From Takakia lepidozioides (lineage: Eukaryota > Plantae > Bryophyta), in contig CM060733.1 of the NCBI GenBank assembly GCA_030704615.1, positions 53,692,001 through 53,756,000 on the forward strand: 64,000 nt of DNA, given 5' to 3'. Each line of letters begins with the position of its first letter. Within the stretch, counting starts at the first letter, position 1. The notes under the pieces were generated by a model that was not told the DNA's origin, searched no databases, and worked only from the letters and a program-made list of their open reading frames with translations. Made by a program: the position numbers and the translations under genes. Below are positions 33,601 through 47,586 of this stretch, piece by piece.

Positions 33601-36600
33601 CCCTTGTGAGGGTCAAATGGCCCAGAAGTCAGTTGCAGTAAGTTGAGGCAAAGTGAGACTTCGATTGCCCTTGTCTACCAGAAGAGCTTCTATGATGGGT
33701 TTACTGTCTGTCAAAGTTATGCTATGTGGATTCTTTTCTCCTGTGGGAGGGGAGCTCCAAAGAAGTTGTGATCTTTGTTAAAAGATTAACAAGGCTCGAA
33801 CACGAGAGAATAAGGCACATCCTCACAGCTAGATTGCTTTGGCCCAGCATGCTCGGATCTATTTGGATGAGTTTGAAGTCAAACTTCATTCCCTGGACAG
33901 CATAGCTCCAGTTGGTGTGCTGCATCCGACAAAGTTCCACTTAAAGGAAAAAATACCAGCTATTTCCGGAAGCCTGGATTTTGGTTCCATAGTAATTGAA
34001 GTAACCGATGATGTGACCACACCAGAGGAGGCTCCTATGAGTGGTCATATCTCCGCAACGACGGTATTGGCCAAGGATCGCACACCAGCGATGCGTGTTG
34101 ACTTGTGCCTCTCGACTATTGCACAGCAACATGGCATTTTCACCTTTGGCTGTTGGCAGGAGCCAGACAGCCAGGACCTTGGTGAGTGTGTCGTTGATAG
34201 GCATGCCCTTCTCTGTCTTTATGCAAGCCAAAGCATGAAGAGAAGCCTGTAACTATGTCCCCGTGCCAAATATTAGCACGCTCTTGCTGTTCCTTCCCAT
34301 ATGCTGTATTTGGGATTTGCAAATTGTATGTGCAGGCAGGAGTCTTCCTCATTTAGTTACATTGACTTCAAGTGCTTGATTGAAATTGGTTTTGATGTCA
34401 ATTTTTTGTGGGGTGGGGGAACCTGCTGCATTCTCTGTTTGGTCTTTGAGCTTCAGCCTTGCCCCACACACCTCCACACGGTGGAGAATAGATACAGAAG
34501 TGCTATCACCACCCACAACTAGTGTGGATCCTTAACTGTATTTGGTGCAATAGGCCTCTGTGTAATTCTTTCATATTTTTTGAGAGTATGGTTTGTTTGC
34601 ACAGATGTTGGGTTTGAATTGAGTATGATTTTGTCACGCGTCGAGGCTGAACTGCATCAGAGGCAACTTGGCTGGGGCAATGTTGTATATGTACGTCTAT
34701 TTTTGGAGGACATGGCAGACTTCGGGCAAGCCAATGATGTGTATGTCCAGCACATCACAGAGCAGAAGTGTGAGAAAGGGGTGCCATCCCGATGCTGCAT
34801 GCAAGTCTATCTGTCTGAGAGCAAAATGGGGAGGGTAATGCTGGAAGTAATGGCTGCCTCGGATTTGAGTAAGAAAGTGCTCCATGTGCAGAGCATTTCC
34901 TGCTGGGCACCTAGTTGCATAGGTCCTTACAGCCAGGTAACCCCTCCAACATTGTTAACTTGAGATGGGAAAGATGGAGTCTTGTGTAATATACATGGAC
35001 TTGAAGCTTCTCGATGGGAAGTAACAGATGTGCAAGTTTGTAGATTCTGACCATTGAGGTGTTCTTGGTTTCTACGGATCATGTTTGAGGAGACAGATTG
35101 TGTAAGCACAGAATAGACCTAAGCTGCTCAGCCGATGGGCTTCCAATTACCTTGCACTGGGATGGATGACGGGTTTTGTTACATTGGAATGACAATGGTG
35201 GGGTGGCTAGGCAACATTGCATGGGAGGATGCTGCATATGGCAGGACAACTAGGTCTGGACCCACCAACCATGGTACTGGTGTCAGGAGGGGCGGTGGCC
35301 GAAATGGATCAGGCCCTCCGTAACAGTGAGGCAGTAGCACAAGCTTTTTCTGCCAGCCTCCTCACTTCTGCCATCACCTTCACCCTCTATTGCTCAGAGG
35401 CAACCAGTCCGAAGGGGAGACAGCAAGTGGATAACAGACTCAAAATATTCCTTTCAAAAGGGGAAGAGCAGAGTCAAGACAGTGGAGGGAACTGGCATGC
35501 CAAATCTTCTATTCACATTCCACCATTAATTCTCTATGTTCTTGTGCCAGCTTTGCCTAAAGGGTGAGTCTATCCTGGAAGAATATTTCTGCCTACTTCT
35601 CACTTAAGAGAACCAGGAAACTTTGTTTTATGAAAGAAAGATAGCATGCAGAAGGTTGGGAGAGAGGGAGGAGAAAATCTCTATCTGGCCCTACTCCTCT
35701 GAATCCTGGCCTGCCCTGGTGAGAATAGGTGGCCCACAAACATGCTTGTTCTTGGAGAACTGGTAATGGGTTTCCTATCACTGGGTCCATGGGAGGAAGA
35801 GTGGGAACCATGTATTTCATGTCCACAAGAAATCGTTTTTGAAAGGAAGTCAATATAGAGGTTGCTGATTGGAGACCTTTGTACAGGGCTCATGTGGAAG
35901 TAGAACCTTCAGCCTTTGTGGCTAGCTCTTCTGAGAGCTACAACAGCTGGGAAGAGGACGATGGCCCAGAGAAGTGTGGGAAAAAGCTGAGTTCTCTTTG
36001 GAAAGCTGTTCAAACACCAGTAACTCCAAATCATCTTGAGGGACGAGAGGAGGAGCATCTGGAGACTGAACAGCAGCAGGGAAGGAGGACACTGAAGTCC
36101 AATGCTTTGGTTTGCTCCCCTTGTGATAGCTTAATGGTGCTGTCACACTACCTTAGAGCTCTTGTTTGCATTGGCAATGATGGCTCAGAGAGGACACAGT
36201 CTGTTGAGCAAATGCGACCTGACATCAACAACTTGAAGATGACTCTTCAGCTGTGTATGGAAGGATTGTGCCAGGTCTTGGAGCAGGCTAACCTCTGCTG
36301 GTCACACGTGGTGGTATGTAGCAGTTGATCACATCTTGTGCTTGTGGCAGAACAATTTCAATTACGTAACAATCACCTATGGCTGCATCTCTTCATTGTG
36401 CTCATGCATGGTATCTCTCTTTTGCAGTCTGGTCGGTATATACTTCTATCTTGGTAGACACGACCTGGCTTTGAGCATCAGAGTCTGCAAGACATATATA
36501 ACAGGATGTCCCTTTGTTAGATGGTCACTATCTCGTTAATGTTGATTCCACGTGTCATTGGGCTAGTTTATCTCTGCCAAATATAATGGTCTTCGTTGTG

Positions 36601-36857
36601 GGATTATGACTACTGTGCAGGCTTTGCGGGTATATTATGTAGCCAGGGCATTTGCTGGAACTGATCTACGAAGGGAAATAGAGGACGTGATCGCCAACCA
36701 ATCACAGAAGGTATTGGGAGGACAGCAACTTTCTCAAGAGCCAGAAGCACCATGGCCTCAACCAAGTTTGATTCCTGTTGGGGCGGTGGGCCGGACTGCT
36801 GCAATGCAGGAGTTTATTGCTGTTGATTTGACGGCTATGGGTGCCAAATATCTGTAA
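30673..36857 (+). CDS. DPH6: Diphthine--ammonia ligase with C-terminal RidA/YjgF domains; exons 30673-30750, 31078-31149, 31762-31841, 32266-32491, 32783-32815, 33065-33147, 33403-33475, 33848-34181, 34605-34936, 35211-35563, 35887-36313, 36621-36857
   Basis: MKVVALVSGGKDSCY, DELDSFMYQTVGH, GAIASDYQRLRVENVCSRLGL, CGEGGEYESLTLD, LHVQSISCWAPSCIGPYSQA. GT-AG sites are in phase. Confidence 0.95.
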
Positions 36858-37622
36858 TTCTCAGTTAGGTGCATTTGCCTGTAAAGGTGTGTGGCAATTC
36901 ATATAAGCAACTCTTAAGCTAGTTAATCGTCACAAATTAATTGGTGAGAGGTTCATCATCCTCCCTCTCAACCATCATCTATTGCATTGTCAAGGATCTA
37001 ATATGACTTAACAAATCCTTGTAATTTCCATGGGACACTTTGATGGAAACCACAACAATTTTATCTGGAAACTCTAGATGATACTTCTAAGCTTGAATCT
37101 GTGGGATACTACATTTTAGCAATGATGGTGACAAATACACGAGTCCTTGGGAAGATGGCTTTGTAGGGGAGGGGTCAGGCACAGATGCTCAAAGAAATGG
37201 GACGAAAACAATTTGATATGTGAGCCTCCCTGGAGGTTGTTGCAAAAGCTAACTGAAACCTCCCTCAGCTTTGCAGAGTGAATGCACTGCAGGGGCCTCC
37301 CTGTATTCCTGAAGCGTACTATAATCTCCGAGGTCTGATTTCCGTGGAACTCCGGGTGTGGGCAATCAAGGTCGCTATCTGCCCTGGCCTTAGATCTCGG
37401 AAGCTGGAAGAAGCTACGTAGTACTGTAGCATCACTATTGGGTTACAGAGCAAGGAAAGATTTCTGTAAGGGAAAAGGTGTGGGGATCACCTGAAGTTAT
37501 GAAGAAGCGTGTACGAGCAACTATAAGAAAAGTCTGCAATTTTAGCGGTAAATCTCTCAGAGGCGCAGGTATCTAACTTATGTGTGCAGTATTTAAATGC
37601 ATACCTGTTGAGCAGAGGATTG

Positions 37623-39904
37623 ATGGCTGCTCTGCGAAGAACTTTGTCTCCTGCATTTCATGAACAGAATGCTGGCGCTGCATTCACTGCTTCAGCAGCT
37701 GATGCACTGACTAGCAATCATGGACCTCCGTCTGGATGCCAGGGCTCTCTCTCTCCGTCCTTCTCCTCTGCTGCTTCTAAACTAGAGAAAAATCTCTTGC
37801 TCGGTGCCATCTCACTCTTTCCGTTCTCCTGCTTGAAATTGTCTTCGCGGCGAGGTATGGCAGACAAACCTTTGAAGTCAAAGGGCAGTCTTTGGAAGAC
37901 GCCTCTTTTTCAGCTTTGCATCTGCTTTTTCTTGGGCTCGGGGTTTGGTTTCTTCCGGCCACACAGCTGGCCCCCGAGTGGTCGGGTGGAAACAAACCAC
38001 CATGGACAGCAGGATATTGTATTCGATGCAAAGAGTTTTCCGGTTGGCTTGCAGGGCGAAGGCATCAAGTTCGAGAACATGGGGGTATCGGATGTCGAGC
38101 GCAGCATGGGGGAAATTGCAAACGCTTTGGAAGAGACGAGTGTTGCAACGAAGTTAGGGGAGAACGTTGGGGTGGATACAGTAGCCAATCTAACAACGTC
38201 AATGGGGAATCCAGGTCAGTACAGTTCTTTGAGGCTATCCAATCCAAAGAGTCACAATCGCGGGGAACATTTCTATGGCTAGCAAAATCAAGTAGTTCAG
38301 GATTGCAGGTAGATCAGCCCATATAGCATTCCCGTTTCCTACATTAGCAAGCCTGAGGATCCATCAGTGGTGACTATGTCTTTTTGTCTGCTTCCCTTCC
38401 CCTCATGTGTCTCTTGCTCTCTCTTTCTCTCAATGAGGTGATTGCTGTTCCTGTATTGGTTGGATGCAGACTACGCTCAGGATCCCAAGAAGCTTTTGAT
38501 CATCGTAACACCCACATACAACCGACCCTTCCAGGCATATTATTTGACTCGCTTGGCACACACTTTGAAGCTTGTCCCACAACCTCTCCTGTGGCTCGTT
38601 GTTGAGATGCCGGCTCAGTCGTTGGAAACTGCAGCAATTTTGAGAGAGACAGGGGTGATGTATCGGCATCTTGTTTGTGAGAAGAATCTGACGAATGTGA
38701 AGGACCGAGGCACCTATCAACGTAATGTAGCACTGGCTCATGTAGAACAGCACCAGCTAGATGGGATAATTTACTTCGCTGATGATGATAACGTGTACAC
38801 CCTGGAGCTCTTTGAGCAGCTTAGGCACATCAAGTAAGCTCTGTTTTCTGTTGTTATCTGGTGCATCATTTTGCCTGATTCTATCAAGCACATGGTTTCA
38901 ATGCCCAGAGGGTGCAGTTTTAGGAAAGTTGTTTCCTTTTTACATCAGATTCACTTGCATAACACTTGCACCTGGTCATCATAGATCGTTAATTGCCAGT
39001 AATTGTCCTCCCTCTTAACTTCTCTGTGCACCATTTAGGTTATCCATGTTGTACTCTTGCTGTGCAATATGTTTACACCTCAGTCTCTTAACTGGGATAT
39101 AGCCAAGGCCCTATGGCCCCTCTTGGTTACTGAGGTCAAACACAAGATGACTGAATTGAAATCCCCGGGCAGCTATTGAATCCATACTACTCACTGAGAG
39201 GCAAGGTGAGGTTAAGGATGGAGGATGACATTAATTGGCACTCTATTGTATTCTCTGCAGGCGTTTCGGCACATGGCTTGTTGGTATGTTGGCCCATAGC
39301 AAATCAAGGACTATATTGGAGGGGCCTGTTTGCGAGGGCAAGAGAGTTATAGGATGGCACACCAATGAAAAGAGCAAAAGGTTGAGAAGGTTTCATGTGG
39401 ATATGTCAGGATTTGGCTTCAACAGCACCATTCTATGGGACCCTCGCAGATGGCGTCGCCCCACATTGGAACCCATTCGGCAGCTGGACACAATTAAGGA
39501 AGGCTTTCAGGTCAGTCTTTGCTCAATCCATTCCTCATTGTTGTTCAGGAAAATCAAAATAATGTAATTTGATGTGTATGTCAGCATGAACATAGGTGTG
39601 CACATGAGGGCTAGGGTAACTGGCCCTTTTCACAGCTTTGTAGGTATTGTGCTGGTGTGATTATGCTGATAGGACTGAGAAGCTTCTGTGTGCAGTCTCA
39701 CATTTTCCAAACCTGTCCGTGTATTTCCAGGAGACGACATTCATAGAGCAGTTGGTGGCAGATGAGAGCCAAATGGAGGGCCTTCCTCCAGGATGCTCCA
39801 AGGTTATGGTGTGGCATCTCCACTTGGAAGCCGCATCAGGGCTTCCATACCCCTCTGGCTGGACCCTTGACGTTCCCCTGCATCCCAATTCTGTCTTTCA
39901 ATGA
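37623..39904 (+). CDS. IRX9L: Glycosyltransferase family 43, IRX9L/IRX9H-like xylan beta-1,4-xylosyltransferase; exons 37623-38214, 38470-38833, 39261-39510, 39731-39904
   Basis: [10 protein letters not shown] start, [32 protein letters not shown]...[20 protein letters not shown]. Confidence 0.92.
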
Positions 39905-41372
39905 CCACCTTAGTCCTTCGAAAAATCTGCACTGCTATATGTGTTGTCCACAAACATTGAAGACTGTTTGTGTGAGTGAGCCAATTGATTACCCGGCAGG
40001 GCCCACATATTCAAACTCCATCACAACTGATTTGATGAATTGAGGAGGCTATGTAGGCTATGGTACTTTGTTGAAATTCTGGAAATGTTGGACTCAATGA
40101 TGACAGACATTTCCCGAGTTTATTTGAGTATGACTACTGCCTCCGGAGATGCTGTTTCTGTTGCAAGGCATGCCAGACCATCCTATCCCTTACTTGGCTA
40201 AAGGTAGGACCTTGCAGACATATGTGGTCATTGGATAAGAAATGCAGAAAGCTCTGGCACTATGGCTGCCATCTTTGCGAGGCTCGGACCTGATATTTGG
40301 TCAAACCCTGGATATGGGTCTACGGTCATGGAAAGGCAAGGGTAGACTTGCGTATGCTGTGAGAACATCCTTAGCTCCTGTCGCTTGCGGTGAAGTGGGA
40401 CTTGCAGAGGAGTGCTTCCGACCCGAGAAAATTCACTGCAGCTCCCCATTTGTGATGTACTACTCTGTATGTTTCACCTCTGAATAATATGGTGTGGTGG
40501 TGTAACCACTTCCAACACACGTGCCTGTGTGTTCATTCAGGTAGGCAAGCTTTGGAGTTCTACTGTCCAATTCAGATGTGTTCTCGGTGTGTTTGGATTG
40601 GCTTTCAACTTTCCATGGTTGGAGCAACTCTATCTGTACACTTATTCTTCATATAGTCAAACTGTACCTGGTTTGCCAAAAAATAAGAAGAATGGACATG
40701 ATTTACTTGCCATAGTCAGCAGATGCTTGTGAGATAATCAAAGACACGTCACAGCAGTGCCACTCTCCTTCCAGCTATGTGACTTTTAGAGAGCAGCATG
40801 ATGAAGCTCATTTTGAGACGAAACCCTGCTTCTGTGGCGAGCTGTGCCTCCCAGCCAACAGCAAGACCAGAATTCCTTGTGAAACACCAAACTAAGCTGT
40901 GTTGTCAGGGACAACAGCAGACTTGGTAGTCACCCATCCCTTGCGCGCATCCAAGCAATATAATGTTCCACGCCACGCCAGATGCCATGGCATGTTAACC
41001 CCTTACTGCTCAAGCACAATACCTAGCCCCAGCAAGGCGCAACTTTCAGAAGATTGATATCCCATGCTATGAGTATTGTTTGAAAGATTTTGGGCAACTT
41101 CTTTTCAAGCTTTTTTTGGTGGGAATCATGATCATGGGTCTATGAGATTTAAGCTGGATACTAGGCCTTTAGGGGCTTAAAAACATGTAACAATCTTGCA
41201 AACAATTTAACAAAAACAGAAACGGCTACTTGGCGTTCACTGTTCTACACACAAAAGTCAAGAGAGAAGGAATGCAGGGCGGGTGGTGTAGATGGGCAGG
41301 AGGGATTGTACGTGCAGGAGATGATGGGGTGAGGGTGAGGGTGAGGTGGGAGGAGGGAGGAGTTGGTATAGT

Positions 41373-44300
41373 ATGGGGCACGAGCCGGAATGTGTGGTCT
41401 GTTTGCAGGCTTATGATGAAGGGGATCATGTGCCCCGTGTGCTTTCCTGTGGCCATTCCGTTTGCGGTAGTTGCGCGTCCGATTTGCCCTCTCACTGGGG
41501 AGCTGGCTCAAGTAGAGAGCAGCCTGGTGGTGCAGTAATTCGATGCCCCGAGTGCAAACGGCGAACGAGATTGCCTCTTGGAGGGGATTCTGAGTTGCCT
41601 AGAAACTTCGAGCTTATGCGGGTAATTCAAAGCTTACATCACTCTGTCTCTGCAAAAACGGGAACTTTGCAGGAAGTGAAACGGCCTGCTGCAATCAGGG
41701 AGTGGCAGAAGTTGGATATTGGAAAGCAACACAAAGGACCAAAAGAGGAAGGCACATGTGGAGTCTTATGTAGTCCGATTCGCCCTCCCAAGGAGCGGAA
41801 TGGAAAATTCACAGTTTGGATCATTCCACAGAGTGCACTTGAGCTGAAGGATGAATCAAAACATGGGCTTTCGATTGGAGTAATGTGCTGTGATAACAGA
41901 GGGGTACGGAAGACTCAAGAGGTGACCCTGCATCCTTGTTCACACTTGAAAAGTGGGGAGCTTGTCTTGGCCACCAATGAGGAGTTAAGCTATGAGCAAC
42001 TTGTTGAAGCGGCCTGGGAGAAGCTTGAAGGAGAAGCTAGGTTTGAATTGTTGGAATTGCTTAGTCTCTCATGTCAATGTGACCATGTCTCAAAGATTCT
42101 GGGTATATGGATGAGTGAGAAAGGAAGTATTTTTCTTGTCGATAAGGTCCATGTTGAGGGCTTGGAACGGGCGTGCAGTGCGTTTGTTGTTGGCGAAACC
42201 GGGTCACAAAGAGGGCCGGGGAAGGCGCCCGCAATCGGGATAGAGGAAGTCAAATGTGGAAAGGTCTGTGCTGCCAGTGCAGCAACCTCCATTGTTGAAA
42301 ATGCACAAGTGCAAGAGCATGCACCTGGGCTGTCGGAGGTGCAGTCAATTGAGCCTGCACACTGTTCATCTTCTCTTGATTTTACAGCAACTGAAGAAAG
42401 TCCTGAGGCTACTGGGGGAGAGAGGGGTTTATGCTATGCTGAAATGGACGTTGACAATGTTGTTGGAAATTCAGTTGGTCGTATTGCCAGGTTAGGGGTA
42501 GAATTGTGTGAAATCCTCATGGAAATTCATGCAGAAGGGCTTGTTGTGGGTATTCTACGGCCGGAATGTTTAATGTTGGACCAATTTGGTCATCTGCAGC
42601 TCCACATAAGTAGTGCACTCAACTTAAGGCAAAAAATACAAAAAGAGACCCAAAACTGCAGGATGAAGCATTTAAAGTCAGACCTAAACAATAGTGCAAC
42701 TGGTTTATCTCCCAAGACAGAGGAGACCACGTTCGACAATGTATGGACAGATGTGTTGGATCGCCTTGGTTTGTATCTTAGTCCAGAAGTTCTCTATTTT
42801 CTGTTGGAGAAAGGAGTAGATAGGAAATCGTTACTGAAGATACAGTCATCTGCTGCAAGTGATGGTGACAACATGAAGAATGTCATAACTTACAAGGCTG
42901 ATCTGTGGTCCTTGGGATGTCTACTACTGCAACTATTCTCAGCCACAGCACTCATAGGAGGTCTCAAGTTCTCCGAGGCTTACCACAGGATTGTGAAAGA
43001 AGGTTGTACATCTGAAATGTGGAAAGAAGGTGGGCTGCCACTAGCTGGGCAGCAGGGTCAACTTTTGGAGCAGCTGATCAAGTGCCTGACATATGAGCAG
43101 GATGAGAGGCCTGAAGTTGGCGAGATCTGGTGCAGCTTGAGAGCTCTGGTTGGTGACTGCAGGCTAAGTTGGTCAACCCAACACAAGGACTACCTTGAGA
43201 AAGATGTTTGGGTATTAGGGGTTGCCGGCTTAACTGAGCGTCGAGCCAACCCAATGTATGATGATTTGAATTTCCCAAAAAAGAAAGATGAGGACAACAC
43301 AACCCACAGTAAGCAAGTGACTCCAATCTCCATCCATGCGGTTGAAAATGCGGCAGTGGCTGGGCAAGAAGGTGCAGGTTCTGTGGAGCCTTTAATACAA
43401 GGCGGGTCATCTGTTGTGGAAGTGACCCTGCAAGGCCATCTCGACACTGTTACATCCTTAGCTATTTGCGGTACGAAACTCTTCTTTGGGTGTGCAAACT
43501 TAGCCACAGGCACTATGTTGTCTTAGGGATGGGCATCGCAGGAAAATTCCAGCAGTTCAGTGAAGAATCTAACTCAGGTAAGGTTATGTGAGACATGCGG
43601 AAGGGTGTGCTATCAGAAACCACAAGCTGGCAAGCAGATACTATACCTAAAATGTAACCTCCAGCTGTAGCAAAGGGCTGAGGAACATGGTTGAAACAAA
43701 CAGGTACTTGGTCCCATCTGTTTAGGGTAGCATGCATTTACAGTTTTGTACATTCGGATGACATGCACCTGAGTGTGGCACTGTTCTGTTGTATTGTCCA
43801 GGGGATTATCTGATAAGTGCCTCTTTTGACAAGACTGTGCGTGTCTGGTCTCAGAAAGTAAACCCTCTTCATCGTGGTCTCACTCCTAAGTTCTTGGACT
43901 TGATCTGTAGCCGTAGGTCTTAATGCTTGCCTCTTGTTTTCGTTGTTCTATTGTGTCCCGCATTCTGGGCCTCCCGTGGACATAATAATTGTCTTCCGCT
44001 ATTTCATGATTTGTTGCTGTTCCTCTCTTTTTCTCTCTTTGTTAATTATTTTCTTACCCTTTTCCCTCTTCCTCCACCAACTAATTTGTGCTTGTACCTT
44101 ACTGGAGATTTAGCTTATGACATTTTGAGGTTACAAAGCCTATAAGTTGCCAGGAGGGATCAAGAGATTGAGAGAAAATGCACTCGTAAGATGCTGTTTG
44201 CCATAGCCTTGTGACCATAGACCCCGCGCTCAGTTAGGTTGGAACAAGAGGGAGCAGGCACCTCCTTTGTGAGGGGTGCAATCCAGTAGTGAGACTTACC

Positions 44301-46163
44301 GTGAAGAGGGAGAGGGAAGAGAGCAACTTCCTAGTAATTTACTGTCTCCATGTCGGATCTCTTGTTTGGTACAGGATGACAAACCATTGCAGGTCTTGGA
44401 AGGCCATGTGCAAAGGATAACTGCACTAGCTGTTGATGAAGCGTCAAGTATATATGCCAGTGGTGACTATGGTGGACAGATATGTGTCTGGAAGCTAACC
44501 AGCTCAAGGGTCTCAGCACCTGTAGCTACGTGGCAGGAGCACAGTGATTGGCGGTATTCTGGAGTGGCTTCTATGGTGGCTTCCAGTGATGGAGTACTCT
44601 ACAGCGGAAGTGGAGACAGAACCATCAAGGCTTGGTCCCTGAAGGTCTAAGACTCCCCAGTAGCCTATAGTTTCTCTACAGTCATGAACATTGTAGTGGG
44701 GTTTGATGGTCACTTTCTGCTGTGACATGTCAATATGCTAATATAGGCTTCAACTACATTTAGTGGATGACAAGCATTGACTTATGCGGTGAAGTATCAA
44801 ATTCCAATGTTGTCCACTATAATGTCTGCGCCGGTTTATAGATGTCCTCCAGCTTTTCTGGGTTTGCAGGATTTTCAGCATCTGGCAACAATGGAGGGGC
44901 ACAAGGGGGTGGTATCCTCACTGCTGCTAGAAGGAGATATACTATACAGCGGGAGTTGGGATGGTAGTATTCGGTTGTGGTGGCGTTCGGATCACACTGT
45001 TCTGGCTGATCTTGGTGGAGCATCCTCTGTGGCTCTGGGACCTGTGCGTGCACTTGCCTGGAGTGCCACTACAGGTCTCTTGTTTGCTGCTCGTGACACA
45101 GGTTGCATTCAGGTGGATGCTCCTACCTTGCATTAACAAAGATACTTGTAGATTATGTTTCTTTGTAGTTGGTTCAGACTCTGCATTGGAAAGGGTGAAG
45201 AGGATTTAGTCAAGGAGCCTGCACTAGGTCTTCAGAATGTAGTTGCATACTTCAGGGTGGTTTGGGGCTTATGTCAGTGGTCAAGCATAAAAGTGGGTGG
45301 GGTAGCTTAGGACATGAAGACTTACACTGTTATTTGAATCTTCATAATGGGGAGCTTAAAGTTGAGAGAGGTGAAACCAGGCAAGTGGTCCAGCTTGTCC
45401 TGTTCGAAGAGGAAGAGGAGCGTGTGTGCTGGTTTTCTTTCCTTTCTAAGGACTTGGAAAACAGGTTTGGAAGGATGAAGAGTGCGTTGGTTTGGTGGAA
45501 GCCCACAAGGGGGTCGTTGCAACTCTTGTTGTGGATGGAGCTTGGCTCTACAGTGGCAGCTGGGACCGGTCAATCAAGGTCTGACTCCCTTTGCACACCT
45601 TACAAGATAAGGTGATGCGGCTGCTTCTTGTTCATGGTGACTAACTGTGGTCAACAATGCTGTGCTACTTGGTTCGCAGTGAACAGTTTGGTCAGAGAAA
45701 GGTTATGCACATTGAGCATATGCATCTTCACTGAATTTTTCATAGTATGCATTGACCATTGAGGCTACAGTGTACATCTTGCTTGCTCCGTACCTGAACA
45801 AGTGAGGTAAAGAGAAAAATTAGCTTAAGTGGGGCTATGCCATGCGTATGGCAACAAGCAGATGAGAAGTAGTGACGTCACCCACTAAGATGCAGTGGTG
45901 CCATTGCATTTTTACAGGCATGGCGAGTTGAGGAGGTGTTGTCTAACAGCACTTCAATAGAGAGGACATGTATTTCACCAGTGTCCTCACTTGCATGCGC
46001 ACACCAGAAGTTGTATGCTGGCCTTCCTCACACCATCCAGGTCTGGTCCTCCCTTTCTCTCACATGTATTGGATTTGCTTTGTATCAGGGTAGTCTCCTT
46101 GGAAAGTGGCAACGTTCACCTTGCCCACTGATCAAAGCTAGTGGGGTGATGTATATGCAGTAA
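41373..46163 (+). CDS. RING finger + kinase-like + WD40 protein (AT1G21651-like); exons 41373-43470, 43802-43857, 44375-44644, 44870-45112, 45465-45578, 45918-46040; final exon and stop uncertain
   Basis: CVVC...PRVLSCGHSVC...CPEC RING; degenerate kinase fold (YLSPE, ADLWSLG, ERP); GH...WD repeats (SASFDKTVRVW, SGSGDRTIKAW, SGSWDGSIRLW). Confidence 0.9.
44170..44300 (-). mobile_element. LINE 3'-end fragment in an intron of the RING/WD40 gene
   Basis: TGTTTGCCATAGCCTTGTGACCATAGACCCCGCGC matches 26566-26602 and the reverse complement of 63613-63675. Confidence 0.75.
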
Positions 46164-46492
46164 AGATTAAAAGGTCACAAGACTGACTAAAGACAGATTG
46201 AAATGGTCAGTGTGCCCTGATGGAAGAGCTATAACTGCAGTAGTGACTGAAAGATATTATAGAGCTCAGGAGCGGTGGTCTTTGTCCTGACTATTGATAG
46301 TAATCACAGGTTTACAGCAGGGAGCAAAATTGAAGTTGTAGAAAATCCCTGAGAGATTTTTTCAGTATGGCACTCAAGTGAAGCCAAGAGGTACGCCAGA
46401 GCTTTTCACCTTTGTCTGATTGTGCTAACAACAATATCACCTTCATAGTTGAAGCAAAGGTACAATGCAGCACTTTGAAGATGTCTGGGACT

Positions 46493-46648
46493 AAGAGTGA
46501 TTCAGTGAGATCAGAGTGCTAGATCATCTCTACTGAAATCCTACAAGAGTGATTCAGTGAGATCAGAGTGCTAGATCATCTCTACTGAAATCCTACAAGA
46601 GTGATTCAGTGAGATCAGAGTGCTGGATCATCTCTACTGAAATCCTAT
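46493..46648. repeat. Three tandem 52-bp units, each an imperfect hairpin
   Basis: Units at 46493, 46545 and 46597. TTCAGTGAGAT pairs with ATCTCTACTGAA. Confidence 0.92.
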
Positions 46649-47586
46649 AATTCCTTGACACCCACTCGACCACTTTCATTAACTTAAGTTCCATTCAACC
46701 TCTGTAGCCAAGTTGGATATGACCATAACATCTGCCTCTACAATATGGAATTGACCTTTCTAGACTAGTTAGTTGAATGACCATATTTCCTCTTTCTACC
46801 TTATGAGGTGGAAGATAGCAGGCGATCAGAGCAATGTTTGTCTGAATTGGCATAGTGCTATAAGAACTCAGTGATGCAGTTTTCTTGGTGAAGCTTAAGT
46901 ATGGAAGCATCATGAATCCACTTGGATGCATCAGGTATCACTGTGCTCACACCTATCATCAGCAGGCTGATCACTGAGGCTGCTCCTGTTTTCACTGAAA
47001 TGTATTACACCGGGGACCATTCACAAGATTAAGACAACAGGGACTCCAACTGAGTGACATGAGCTTCTCACAAAGAAAGTTAGCCCTCAGGCCAATGGGT
47101 GGGAGGCTTTTCATATATTCGTATCAAGAAGTAGGCCCGATGCTTACTACAGAGAGCCCTTGGAGAAAAGATCCTCCTAGAAGGAACCTCCTAGATCCTC
47201 CTAGATAATTTACAATTGAATCTCCATTAGCACTTCTCACTTCTCCAAGTTTCTGGCCATTCCATTCAGGCTGCTAGGCCCCATAGCTTCCAGCACAGAG
47301 CAGTTTATAAGACTTTGAATGTGACCAGCTGTTTATTAGTCGAATTTTCCCAATTACATCTGCAACAGTATAACTGACAGAGTGATTTTCAGTAATTGGT
47401 AGATACACTACTCTTCCTAGGATACCCATCACTGGTGACATTCTGAGCGGCAGCAGAAGCAAGTCTGCCGAGATACTTTATAGTATATAATAACACAACA
47501 TATAACCAAGAAACAAATGTGGTTTGAGAAGAACAAAAAGAATTGTTCCCAGGTTTCCATTAAAATAAATTTAAAAAAAAAAAAAA

